Positions 46,816 to 57,747 of a stretch of 64,000 bases of DNA are shown here, in pieces (the stretch's first letter is position 1; every line of letters starts with the position of its first letter). The stretch lies in the sequence record PP456879.1. One strand, written 5' to 3'. The notes beneath the pieces were generated by a model. That model was not told the origin of the DNA, did no database searches, and worked only from the letters and a program-made list of their open reading frames with translations. A program made the position numbers and the translations under genes.

Positions 46816-47889
46816 TTAGTATAGATTATTTTCTAAAATGTATCGCTCAGCTTGCGCTCGCTGATCATCAGGTAAATAATCACCACGTTGATATTCAAAT
46901 ACTAATTTCTCAATAGGATAAGTTGCATTCTTATTCTTGTATACAGAAATTACATAGCTATGATACTCTAGTTCATACTTAACGTCATGCTCAATTCTGG
47001 TTGAAAAATATGCCATGTTAATAGAACTAACTAGAGGGCTAATATATTTCTCTTCAAATAGTAATAAATTATCAAGTCCTAAACTTGCAAAGAAATCATG
47101 GTTAACCTTAGGTATTAGATAAGATACTTTAATATTACTATATTGTTTAACAATTACACCAATAAGTAATGCAGTTAACTGTTCTTGAATATATTCTACT
47201 GCGATGTTATATGCATGGTTAGTGGTGATGTGGTCTTTATTTAAAGTATAGCTACCACCATTAGCAAGAGATAGCTGAGTTTTACGCCTAGATTCGTAGA
47301 TACTATAACCTAATGTTTGTAAATTAATTCTGTCAAAGCCATGGAAGAATGTACGGAGAAATTCACTAAATAAATAGTTTAATGGGTTCAGTAGGTTAAG
47401 TGATACCACTGCATGATCATCACCATTATCAATCCCATGGACACGATCATATTCCGCGATACGATAATCTTTGCCACTGATTAAAGTTATAACTGAACCA
47501 GCTTTAACTACATCCCATTGGATCCATGTACCGCTATCGATATATTTAGCTACTTGTTTATAGATATCTAGATAGATAGTTTCTAGATAAGGTAGTTTCA
47601 TTAGATTTTCTACCCAAGCAACTTTATTACTATCTACGTCAGTTACAGCACAATTAAAAATAGCTGCTGCCATCTTAAGATTGGTGTACTGGTCTTTGGC
47701 TGTTTTATATGAAACTAAACTCTCTACTATATTTTCAACCATTAGATGTAAAAACTGTTGAGCCACATCTTTACTCAATTTCACCCCAATCGCTTCATCA
47801 ATTGAAGCTGAAGCTGTAAGCTGACCTAGTAAATCGTATATTGCTTTTTCTTGGTGGCGCGTATCAAGTACAATGAGCTTATTCGACAT
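46816..47889 (-). CDS. Hypothetical protein
   Basis: 357 aa, SD GGAG. Confidence 0.8.
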   Translation of the reverse strand: MSNKLIVLDTRHQEKAIYDLLGQLTASASIDEAIGVKLSKDVAQQFLHLMVENIVESLVSYKTAKDQYTNLKMAAAIFNCAVTDVDSNKVAWVENLMKLPYLETIYLDIYKQVAKYIDSGTWIQWDVVKAGSVITLISGKDYRIAEYDRVHGIDNGDDHAVVSLNLLNPLNYLFSEFLRTFFHGFDRINLQTLGYSIYESRRKTQLSLANGGSYTLNKDHITTNHAYNIAVEYIQEQLTALLIGVIVKQYSNIKVSYLIPKVNHDFFASLGLDNLLLFEEKYISPLVSSINMAYFSTRIEHDVKYELEYHSYVISVYKNKNATYPIEKLVFEYQRGDYLPDDQRAQAERYILENNLY

Positions 47890-47902
47890 TATATTTCTCC
47901 AA

Positions 47903-48331
47903 TTAATTTTTTGGAATAGCGATCCAAACTGTGTTCTTTAACCGATAAAATATTACAAACTTACCTGCATTTACTCTAGGTATAATTTTTAATATATCCC
48001 AAAGATCAGATGCGGCCTCATGATTATCATGAAACCATTGGATTTCTTGAGGGGTGTTATTTATTGGATTATATCCAGTAGTATACATGAATTCAAAAGA
48101 GTCAATAGAATATTTAAAGAAGTCATCAATTAAGCTGTCCTCTACTGATTTAAATATATGCTCTAATGTACCATAGTCATCTGGATGTATTCCAAAGCTT
48201 TGGCACCTAATTGCTAAACGAGCATTTATTAGCTCTTTTGGCGATCTTGGTACTAACTTGGCTATCACCCTCGTTACATCTATTACATACAGGTCAGCTA
48301 CTTGGGGAGTAGTCACAGTACAATCTCTCAT
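47903..48331 (-). CDS. Hypothetical protein
   Basis: 142 aa, first gene after a promoter motif. Confidence 0.7.
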   Translation of the reverse strand: MRDCTVTTPQVADLYVIDVTRVIAKLVPRSPKELINARLAIRCQSFGIHPDDYGTLEHIFKSVEDSLIDDFFKYSIDSFEFMYTTGYNPINNTPQEIQWFHDNHEAASDLWDILKIIPRVNAGKFVIFYRLKNTVWIAIPKN

Positions 48332-48346
48332 TAAATGTTCAGGAAC

Positions 48347-48354
48347 ATGATATA
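48347..48354 (-). promoter_or_regulatory. Early promoter variant TATATCAT
   Basis: AAAAATATTTTTAGATCTATATCAT. Confidence 0.6.
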
Positions 48355-48458
48355 GATCTAAAAATATTTTTAGTCAAATCTGTTCGTGGTAAGCCGATGT
48401 ATATTATACCTTAGTTGGGTATTATCTCCATCGAAAAAACGCGTACAGCGCATTATAG

Positions 48459-49268
<810 letters not shown>

Positions 49269-49287
49269 AAAAAAAATAAAAAAAAGA

Positions 49288-49320
49288 CATAATGCCCTCC
49301 CATTGCGGGAGGGCTTATGC
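49288..49320. terminator. Bidirectional terminator (CCCTCCC family)
   Basis: cataatgCCCTCCC-attgc-GGGAGGGcttatgc. Confidence 0.8.
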
Positions 49321-49377
49321 CATTAAGATAATATCTAAATAACACTATATTTAAAAACATACTGGTATAACCCATCA

Positions 49378-49683
49378 TCAATTAATACTGTTGAGAATCT
49401 TTTTGATGAGATCACCAGGTGCAATACCAATACCTGAACAATACCGTCTAAAGTTATTACACGGTTGACATGCTTTCTTTTCAACGATATTTAATTCAAA
49501 GCAAATATTGCCACGTGAATCTAGAATGGATATAAATGCTTTGTTACCTGTTACGCGATATGTCTTACCGAATACAACAGTTGTTTTATATGCAAGGCTA
49601 TTCATGATTATTCCTTTAACATGGATTATTATCATGTTTGTAATATAGCCTTTAAATGTATTTAAATATTTATTAAACCCCAT
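49378..49683 (-). CDS. Small hypothetical protein
   Basis: Operon ORF; true start probably MNSLAYK. Confidence 0.6.
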   Translation of the reverse strand: MGFNKYLNTFKGYITNMIIIHVKGIIMNSLAYKTTVVFGKTYRVTGNKAFISILDSRGNICFELNIVEKKACQPCNNFRRYCSGIGIAPGDLIKKILNSIN

Positions 49684-49960
49684 AGCGATGAGCTATATAT
49701 GTTTTTAATACCTCATATGCCTTATCAGTTGCCATGGAACTATTGACAAAATCAGAATGATCAATCTTAATAATCTTACCGAATGAATCATAATCGATAG
49801 TTGTAACTGCTATTCGATCACTATCACGGATCAATAGTTTATTTTTATTTAAAACAAAAATATTCCATTTCTCGCCATCGGCTAAAATAACATCCTCATC
49901 TTTAAGATTAAGACGAACAAACTGTTTTACATAAATACTTAACTGAGCAACTGTTGACAT
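49673..49960 (-). CDS. Small hypothetical protein
   Basis: 95 aa, overlaps neighbours. Confidence 0.65.
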   Translation of the reverse strand: MSTVAQLSIYVKQFVRLNLKDEDVILADGEKWNIFVLNKNKLLIRDSDRIAVTTIDYDSFGKIIKIDHSDFVNSSMATDKAYEVLKTYIAHRYGV

Positions 49961-50271
49961 AATGATTTCTCGATATCTGTTAATGAAATAATCATATCTT
50001 GGACATTGATGGTAATAACATTTTTATAAGTTAAATAAGTTGGATATGAACCCATAAATGTAATAGTCCCACAGATATGATTTTTATATCTAATATCAAC
50101 ACATCCGTCATATCTCCAGATAAAATCAAATGATCCTTTAGTGTGGTGTTCAAGTGAAAGAATAGAACCACTAACTAATTTAGGATATTGTTCAAATTCA
50201 GACATTACATAATCTGCCAGTTCCTTAACCTCAGGATAATCAATCAATAATAGCATATACGTAAATCTCAA
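49939..50271 (-). CDS. Small hypothetical protein
   Basis: 110 aa, packed operon. Confidence 0.65.
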   Translation of the reverse strand: MRFTYMLLLIDYPEVKELADYVMSEFEQYPKLVSGSILSLEHHTKGSFDFIWRYDGCVDIRYKNHICGTITFMGSYPTYLTYKNVITINVQDMIISLTDIEKSLCQQLLS

Positions 50272-50741
50272 TTAGTTAATATAACACCCCATCCAGGGTG
50301 GACTCTTTCGAAAAATGGTAATGTATTATTTCGTATACTGTCTGCATCAATATTTGGAATGTGGATGGTACAACAGTGGGGGTTACTGTCAATCTTGAAA
50401 TAGAAATTATCTTTTAAATCTTCAACCTTGGATGTTTGTAATGGATATAAAATACCATTCCCCCAAACATACCAACGTCTATACAGCTTATCGTTTAACC
50501 GCTTCTCAATAACCGAATGCGATTTGAAACGAGGAACTCGCAAACGCATCCCGTTTACTTCAGCCCATTTGTCTACCCGATCATAGCTAATAATTCCATC
50601 CTTAACCATTACAAAGATAAATCCCTCAACTATGTTGGGGAGACGAACTACGTGTTTCAGAACCATAGTAAACGGAGATAACGTCAGATCAAGTTCAGCT
50701 GCCATTTGCTCGTCGAGCTTTTTAGCAGTGTTCTTTGCCAT
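50268..50741 (-). CDS. Hypothetical protein
   Basis: 157 aa, SD AGGAG. Confidence 0.75.
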   Translation of the reverse strand: MAKNTAKKLDEQMAAELDLTLSPFTMVLKHVVRLPNIVEGFIFVMVKDGIISYDRVDKWAEVNGMRLRVPRFKSHSVIEKRLNDKLYRRWYVWGNGILYPLQTSKVEDLKDNFYFKIDSNPHCCTIHIPNIDADSIRNNTLPFFERVHPGWGVILTN

Positions 50742-50780
50742 CGGTTATCTCCTAATATACAGATTATTAATTATCGCTAG

Positions 50781-51263
50781 TTATTTAATATCTGCAAAAT
50801 TCTGATTTACTTTACCCATAAAAATACCATCGGCTCTATCGTCATAATAAAGCTTCCCTGCTTTAGCATTACATAAAACTCCATAAATGTGACCATTGTA
50901 ACCATCAAAATTAAATAAAGATGGATTATGCGGTACATGAATGAATCCCATTTTATCGCACAGAAACTTAGCTACAGCAGCCGATCGGCTAATACCTGCC
51001 TCACAGTGTACGAATAGGTGTTGACCCTTACCAAGAGCTTCACAGAAGGAAATAATACGTTGTGCATGCCGATGATCAAATAGATCATAAGAAGAATCAA
51101 CATAATCCTCAATGTCATCAACATTGATACGTAAATAATTAAGATGTTTTGCTGAATAAAGTGGGACTTTACCTTTCTCCAGTAGACAGATCATATTTCT
51201 AGGGGAATAAAATGATTCAGCTACATGCAAAGGAATATAAGTAACTGTATTTACTGGCTTCAT
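50781..51263 (-). CDS. Dual-specificity / protein-tyrosine phosphatase family protein
   Basis: HCEAGISRSAAVA = CX5R P-loop; upstream DDIED acid loop; SD GAGG. Confidence 0.85.
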   Translation of the reverse strand: MKPVNTVTYIPLHVAESFYSPRNMICLLEKGKVPLYSAKHLNYLRINVDDIEDYVDSSYDLFDHRHAQRIISFCEALGKGQHLFVHCEAGISRSAAVAKFLCDKMGFIHVPHNPSLFNFDGYNGHIYGVLCNAKAGKLYYDDRADGIFMGKVNQNFADIK

Positions 51264-51289
51264 ATTACACCTCGTTACAAAAAAAATAA

Positions 51290-51310
51290 AAGGAGCCCCG
51301 AAGGGCTCCA
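51290..51310 (-). terminator. Terminator after phuZ
   Basis: GGAGCCC-cgaa-GGGCTCC followed by a U-tract on the minus strand. Confidence 0.8.
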
Positions 51311-51317
51311 GTATAGG

Positions 51318-52301
51318 TTAATCGAATACAAGACCACTACTAGTTGCTTGGTCATCCACATCTAGAGTAGACTGACGCTTACGCATATTAGCTTTGGCTC
51401 GATTCATCATTTCACGACGTTCTTCTAATCGTTTACGAATATCTTCAACAGATAGACTAGTGATCACAAAATGCATTTGATCGAAATCATATTTCTCGGG
51501 ATCAGCATAACCAGTGGTACGAGTTAAAACAGTGTTAATGGATACTTCGCGATCAGGGTCAGTGTATAGCGAAGCAATAGAAATTGGGTCCAGAATAGCC
51601 TGGGCTTCTTGACGATCAAAACACACGTGTAATTGGACAGTCTGTACAGGTACATCATGGTGTTTATGGAAGTGTGCCCAGTTAGTGATATCCATTAGAT
51701 CAAGACTTTGGTGTTCTTGATTAAATAGAGTTACTAGTGCATCTAGTACTTCAAGAATGTTTTGGTTCACCATTGACTGCGGTACACCTTCAACATTCTC
51801 ATGATAGTTAATAATCATCGGAACTTTACTAACAGAGGAAACCCCTTCAAACGTCTTAAGGCTACCACTACTATTTCGAAGACTAATATCACTGTCGTAA
51901 GATCCAATGACCACACTTACAACTACTTCACCTTGTTGTTGTAGATGACTGACAAGGGAAGGACCAATAGTTGAACCAGAAGCACCACCCATTGAATACA
52001 CTACAATGTTAGCATCCCCTGCTGGGAAATGATGGGCAATGGCAGGAATGTGTGAAGAGATTAGTTCTGCGGCTGCCTTACGATCTTTACCCATACCGAT
52101 AGCACGTTTACGTGCGGTCTGATCAGCTAGCTTAGTATCCGCTTCAATAATGATCGTATTATCGTCAGTATTGTGTTTGTGTTTATTTTGTACACTGGTA
52201 TCAATGTAGCAAACATCCTCATGATAACCATGGAATAGTTCACCAATACGGAAACCAGCACCACCACAAAAGTAAATTCGAGTTTTTACTTTAGACATCA
52301 T
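51318..52301 (-). CDS. phuZ: PhuZ phage tubulin (gp39)
   Basis: 327 aa; CGGAGFRIG, GMGKDR, SMGGASGSTIG tubulin signature, C-terminal SSGLVFD. Confidence 0.95.
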   Translation of the reverse strand: MMSKVKTRIYFCGGAGFRIGELFHGYHEDVCYIDTSVQNKHKHNTDDNTIIIEADTKLADQTARKRAIGMGKDRKAAAELISSHIPAIAHHFPAGDANIVVYSMGGASGSTIGPSLVSHLQQQGEVVVSVVIGSYDSDISLRNSSGSLKTFEGVSSVSKVPMIINYHENVEGVPQSMVNQNILEVLDALVTLFNQEHQSLDLMDITNWAHFHKHHDVPVQTVQLHVCFDRQEAQAILDPISIASLYTDPDREVSINTVLTRTTGYADPEKYDFDQMHFVITSLSVEDIRKRLEERREMMNRAKANMRKRQSTLDVDDQATSSGLVFD

Positions 52302-52351
52302 TACACCTCATTGTGTTTAATATAAATTCATATACCAACTTGTAAATGGTA

Positions 52352-52864
52352 TCAGTGCTTAAAAGTAACGATCTCTTCATGAGTTCGTTCTTGATGAACA
52401 ATTAATTCATTAACCACTTTACCAGTATCAGATTTAAATTCGATTACCATCTTATCTCGACACATGTATGTTTGCCAAGTACCACCAGACTTAACACAAT
52501 CAATAATCATGTTAAGTACATTCTTAACTTCAATCTTACTAACTTTATAACGATAAACGTTTAGAAGTTCAGTAAGCCATTTCGTTTTTGGGATTTTGGC
52601 ATTTTTACGTTCTTTTGAAATATCAAAAGGAATTAGTGCAATGATCTCACCATCTTTGTTGGTGAATTCAAATACCATTCCTTTTGAGTTAGCTAAAGGA
52701 CGAATGTTATAATTACCTTTAACACTGCATACTTCTTCAGATAACTTAACTAACCTATCTAGTTGAACATCAGATGCATGAATGTTATCTTCTTTAAATG
52801 CTTTCTTTAGTTCATCATGAGTTAGTGGAGTACGTACTAGAGTGTAATCTTTCTGTTCAGTCAT
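52352..52864 (-). CDS. Hypothetical protein with internal duplication (gp38-like)
   Basis: 170 aa; MVFEFTNKDGE / MVIEFKSDTGK repeats. Confidence 0.75.
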   Translation of the reverse strand: MTEQKDYTLVRTPLTHDELKKAFKEDNIHASDVQLDRLVKLSEEVCSVKGNYNIRPLANSKGMVFEFTNKDGEIIALIPFDISKERKNAKIPKTKWLTELLNVYRYKVSKIEVKNVLNMIIDCVKSGGTWQTYMCRDKMVIEFKSDTGKVVNELIVHQERTHEEIVTFKH

Positions 52865-53002
52865 TTTTCATTTTTTCCAATTTTTCTATTTTCAAATTAA
52901 ACGGTATTGGCTTTTTATAGCCAATCCCTTATTACTAAAAGTAATAGATTCTCGAACTAAGGATGGGTTATACCCCTTCTCTAATAATAAGGAATATTAT
53001 AT

Positions 53003-53028
53003 GGGACCCCCCCAAAGGGTCCCCCCCA
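53003..53028 (-). repeat. Tandem GGG(A/T)CCCCCCCA repeat; G7-ACCCTTT-G7 on the minus strand
   Basis: gggaccccccca-aa-gggtccccccca in an AT-rich spacer. Confidence 0.8.
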
Positions 53029-53111
53029 CATAATATACTATTTATATAATTTTCTTTTTAGAAGAAAAGAGATAAATAAGAGAAATACAGTCTATTAAAG
53101 TAATGAATTTC

Positions 53112-53933
53112 TCAAAAATTAAATAGTACACCGCGCGTCCGTTGCGTCGGATTGGCCTGCCGGACGATGGTCCGGATGTGCGGTAATAGCGGGTTTTTCA
53201 AAAATACTTGCATCGCGGTTGAATTGAGCGGTTGATTATAACGTGTGATCTTAATAGTAAATAGAACTTCTTCAACATCTGAATGACATCCTTCGAAACT
53301 AAAATATACTTCAGTCCGATCAATAAACTGATACATTTCTACAGCTGGTTCAGCTGGATCTTTAAAGGCCAGCTTATTAGCGAAATAATCAGTATGGGCT
53401 AGAATTAATTCTTTTACATTAATTGCATTCTTCTTATCAACAAGGAATTCAAACTCTTCAAGGTTATCTGTTTTGAAAATACCTTGATAAGATGACGACT
53501 CGATTAGTTCATCACTGATATCATCAACATGAACGCCTGGCATAAATTCAATGACTGGTAGAATAAGCTTGTTACCTCCTACGCCGTCAGCGATATGAAT
53601 TCCAATCACATTACCATCACTAATGTATTCGTCATTACCGCAAATAACGGCACCAGCCGCTAGATATAAATTATCAACATATTTCAGATTATCGGCAATA
53701 ATGCGAGATAGTACATATTCTCGCACCATGGCATCATCTGGACTTGACTGCGGTTTAAAAGTATAGTGGGTGTTATGACTACTCATGGTCGCACATGTAA
53801 CAAAAACTGAAATATCTACTGGATTAAATACCCAATGAACGGAGATATCCTCTAATTTATGTGGATGATGTAAACCATCTAGCTTAGATAGGGCTTGGAG
53901 TTGTTCTTCCCAGGTGATGTTAAATTGAGTCAT
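53112..53933 (-). CDS. dip: Dip, RNA degradosome-interacting protein (gp37)
   Basis: 273 aa from ATG 53933; recognised N-terminus MTQFNITWEEQLQALSKLDGLHHPHKLEDISVHWVF. Confidence 0.85.
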   Translation of the reverse strand: MTQFNITWEEQLQALSKLDGLHHPHKLEDISVHWVFNPVDISVFVTCATMSSHNTHYTFKPQSSPDDAMVREYVLSRIIADNLKYVDNLYLAAGAVICGNDEYISDGNVIGIHIADGVGGNKLILPVIEFMPGVHVDDISDELIESSSYQGIFKTDNLEEFEFLVDKKNAINVKELILAHTDYFANKLAFKDPAEPAVEMYQFIDRTEVYFSFEGCHSDVEEVLFTIKITRYNQPLNSTAMQVFLKNPLLPHIRTIVRQANPTQRTRGVLFNF

Positions 53934-53969
53934 TTTTTCTAACCTCTTCATTTATTAAAAATAATACAC

Positions 53970-54782
53970 TTATTTTACTTTAGCAGTTGATACTTCACAT
54001 ACATTAACTAATTGTTCAAATAACGGTTCATTATCTGGATCATTAACTAATTTTGATGTATTAATAATAATACCAGAATACAGCATATCAGCTGCATCTC
54101 GATCACTTGTTTTGCTGGTTACACCTTCCCACTTCCATCCATAGTAAATTAAATCAAATGATGAACCAATGTTAAAGGTTGATTGAATAAATTTGCATGT
54201 ACCATTTTCTTTTAACCAATCAGGCCTATATGGTTCATTTTTATAAAATTCATGCATGAGTACTTTAAAATCAGTTTTAATGTTTTCATGAATAATGCAA
54301 TCAATAGAATTAAGAGCTTCATCAAGAGCTGATTTAGACTCAATAATGATTTCTGATACATTGGCAGATTTTAGTGTAATCATGCCTAGTTCATCTGAGT
54401 GTGCTCTTCCGATTTGAAATACATTGAGCTTACCAATTGGTAAGGTGGCTTTTAATGGCAGATTAGTATAGTGAGATACATCGCTTTTATAACTGTCTTC
54501 ATATGACTCAATTAAATTAAGCCATGCTCTTTCAATACGTGTATTCTCAAAATGCTGTTCTTCTTCTAGTAGTCTAGAAATTAGATGATTAATGTATTGA
54601 ACATTATGGCCAGTACCTGTAATTGAATTATATTTCGTATTACCGGTAATTCCCCATTTATTATTTTCTTTATTTATCCAACCGTAGATTACACTGTTTT
54701 TAGGATATTTATTTTTAAAATTATCGTATATTTCTTTTAGATGTGGATTAGGGGTAAAACTAAAAGTAGTTGATTCAGTCAT
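53970..54782 (-). CDS. Hypothetical early protein
   Basis: 270 aa, first gene after an exact TATATTAC. Confidence 0.8.
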   Translation of the reverse strand: MTESTTFSFTPNPHLKEIYDNFKNKYPKNSVIYGWINKENNKWGITGNTKYNSITGTGHNVQYINHLISRLLEEEQHFENTRIERAWLNLIESYEDSYKSDVSHYTNLPLKATLPIGKLNVFQIGRAHSDELGMITLKSANVSEIIIESKSALDEALNSIDCIIHENIKTDFKVLMHEFYKNEPYRPDWLKENGTCKFIQSTFNIGSSFDLIYYGWKWEGVTSKTSDRDAADMLYSGIIINTSKLVNDPDNEPLFEQLVNVCEVSTAKVK

Positions 54783-54822
54783 TATAGATACCTATTTGAA
54801 TATTGTTTATTATTGCAAATAT

Positions 54823-54830
54823 GTAATATA
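54823..54830 (-). promoter_or_regulatory. Early promoter TATATTAC
   Basis: AAAAAAAGTTTAAGATCTATATTAC. Confidence 0.75.
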
Positions 54831-54850
54831 GATCTTAAACTTTTTTTAAC

Positions 54851-54886
54851 TCAGCATAAAGCCTCCCCTAGGGGAGGCAATATGTT
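54851..54886 (-). terminator. Terminator, identical to 7327-7362
   Basis: Same 36-bp hairpin element. Confidence 0.75.
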
Positions 54887-55701
54887 CATTTATCTATTTC
54901 AGCGTTTGGATCATACCAAGGTAATAAACTTAGTAATGCCGGTTGTTGTTTCTTCATATCCTCTAAGATTGTTGCTTCACTTGCACCTTCTAACATAGTG
55001 GTGAAAGTAATCATGTTCTTAGAGTTATATATCGGACGTAGACCATTACCAAAGAATTTTACCTGTTGAACCATTATTTTGAAATCAGGGTTATCGACTA
55101 CATCTGGGATATAGATAGCAGGTGGCGCACTGAAATAACGTTTAATTAACTCAATAGCCCAATACGTTGGTAAATCACCAAACTGTGATTTCACTGTAGC
55201 TAGGTTTAATTGGAATGCTTTAGGTTCTTCAGGCGGTGGTTCCACCGGATCAACTGGATCAGTGGGTTCTTCAGGGTCAGTAGGTTCAGTTGGCTCTTCA
55301 GGATCCTCTGGATCGCCTTCTGTTGGCTTTTCTTCAGATGTGCCACCATCAGGGTCACCTGAACCATCATCATCTTCAACGGGCTCCTCAGGCGTTTCTA
55401 TAGGCTCCTTCGGATCTTCCTGATTCTCCGATAGATCGGGCTCTTCTGATTCCCCATCTCCATTTGCTTCAGTAGAAGACGTGTCTTCTGATTCTTCATC
55501 TGTTGTCGAGTCAGTTGCGGCTGTGTTTTCTGAATCGGCAGTGGTATTTTCATTTTCACTTGATTCAGTAGAAACAATTTCAGTAGGAGTGGTTTCAAGT
55601 TCATTGACACTATCCTCTGCATTAGTTACTTCATTAGGGATTTCACTAATTTCTGATAATGTTACTGGTGCACTTACTGCGCGAGTTTTTCGTTTAGCCA
55701 T
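54886..55701 (-). CDS. Acidic, Pro/Glu/Thr-rich low-complexity protein (gp35-like)
   Basis: 271 aa; EEPTEPTDPEEPTDPVDPVEPPPEEP linker before a folded C-terminal domain. Confidence 0.8.
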   Translation of the reverse strand: MAKRKTRAVSAPVTLSEISEIPNEVTNAEDSVNELETTPTEIVSTESSENENTTADSENTAATDSTTDEESEDTSSTEANGDGESEEPDLSENQEDPKEPIETPEEPVEDDDGSGDPDGGTSEEKPTEGDPEDPEEPTEPTDPEEPTDPVDPVEPPPEEPKAFQLNLATVKSQFGDLPTYWAIELIKRYFSAPPAIYIPDVVDNPDFKIMVQQVKFFGNGLRPIYNSKNMITFTTMLEGASEATILEDMKKQQPALLSLLPWYDPNAEIDK

Positions 55702-55710
55702 GGTTGTACC

Positions 55711-56490
<780 letters not shown>

Positions 56491-56542
56491 CTACAATTAT
56501 ATTTGAGTTATTGTACTACAGATGATAAAAGAGAAAATACAT

Positions 56543-56575
56543 CATAAGCCCTCTCCTTATGGAGAGGGCATTATA
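56543..56575 (-). terminator. Terminator (CCCTCCC family)
   Basis: cataagCCCTCTCC-ttat-GGAGAGGGcattata. Confidence 0.75.
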
Positions 56576-56576
56576 T

Positions 56577-56780
56577 TTACATAGTGTTAAAACACGCATT
56601 AAATTTAGATAATGAGCAGCCAGTATAAATTAATGATTGCTCTAGTTGTATGATGACATCGCCATTACTATCAAAATCAGCAGCAATAAAAGTAGATTCA
56701 GTTATCTTAAAAGTAGATGGCAGCATTTCTAAATAATTAAATATTGCTTGATTATCGATGTCATGAGGATTTAAATCCAT
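56577..56780 (-). CDS. Small hypothetical protein
   Basis: 67 aa, SD AGGT. Confidence 0.6.
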   Translation of the reverse strand: MDLNPHDIDNQAIFNYLEMLPSTFKITESTFIAADFDSNGDVIIQLEQSLIYTGCSLSKFNACFNTM

Positions 56781-56787
56781 ATGTTAC

Positions 56788-57657
56788 CTATACATGGATA
56801 GTTATGGACCAAATATTAACAGGACTGCATAAGACAATTGTGATTAAATCTCTATGAGTTCTTTGATAATGATTGGAACACATAACTTTGATTAACTTTA
56901 ATTTTTTAGTTTCTTTATTTTGAATTTCTTTGATAAGCGATTCAATAAGCTCATTAGTAATAAGTGAATGTCCATCAATAAATGGTTTTATACTTACTAG
57001 CGAATCTTTGTTAAATAGAATTGTATCATCATATTCGCATGTAGCTGCGGTCTTGTATATGGATGCAACTTTATTAACTTTGTCATTAGTGACTATAGAA
57101 AAATTAAATTCACTCTTAGTTTTACTTAACGATGTTTCAAATAATTTATATTTATCAATAATAGTTTTATTATCAATAAATGATTTCATCCCAATATTTA
57201 AATCTATGTCCAGTGTGTAAGAATCATGTATTAAACCAATTGATAGTTGAGTCTCATTACCACTATTGTTAAACTTAATATTATTAACTGAACATATCTG
57301 ATTATTAATAAACGATAATAATAGTTTAGAAATAGTTTTAATAACATTAACTTCATAATCATTATTAGTACAAGCAAGTGCAGTTGTCATGTATCGACTA
57401 ACTTGACTAACATCTAGTTTCTGATAGTTACTACCACTATCTACCCATGGGTCAATATTTAAAAAAATCCTTAGACTAGCTAGAATATCAGAAGATGTTT
57501 CAGAATAAATGAAAAACACATTATTATTAAGATCATCTTTTAGCCAACCACTAGTTCTAAGATTTTCTAGATCTTTTTCATTAGATACCGATTGACTTAA
57601 TTGCTGAATTAAACTAGGGTTAGCTAGGTTTAATAAACTAATCATTTTATAAACCAT
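56788..57657 (-). CDS. Hypothetical protein
   Basis: 289 aa, SD GAGG. Confidence 0.75.
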   Translation of the reverse strand: MVYKMISLLNLANPSLIQQLSQSVSNEKDLENLRTSGWLKDDLNNNVFFIYSETSSDILASLRIFLNIDPWVDSGSNYQKLDVSQVSRYMTTALACTNNDYEVNVIKTISKLLLSFINNQICSVNNIKFNNSGNETQLSIGLIHDSYTLDIDLNIGMKSFIDNKTIIDKYKLFETSLSKTKSEFNFSIVTNDKVNKVASIYKTAATCEYDDTILFNKDSLVSIKPFIDGHSLITNELIESLIKEIQNKETKKLKLIKVMCSNHYQRTHRDLITIVLCSPVNIWSITIHV

Positions 57658-57747
57658 TTTATTATCCTCTAATTTATGTAATTACATGGAATAAATAACA
57701 TAAGTACTTTTATGACTTATGATTTGATTCTCCAGGAGGTTTTCCCA

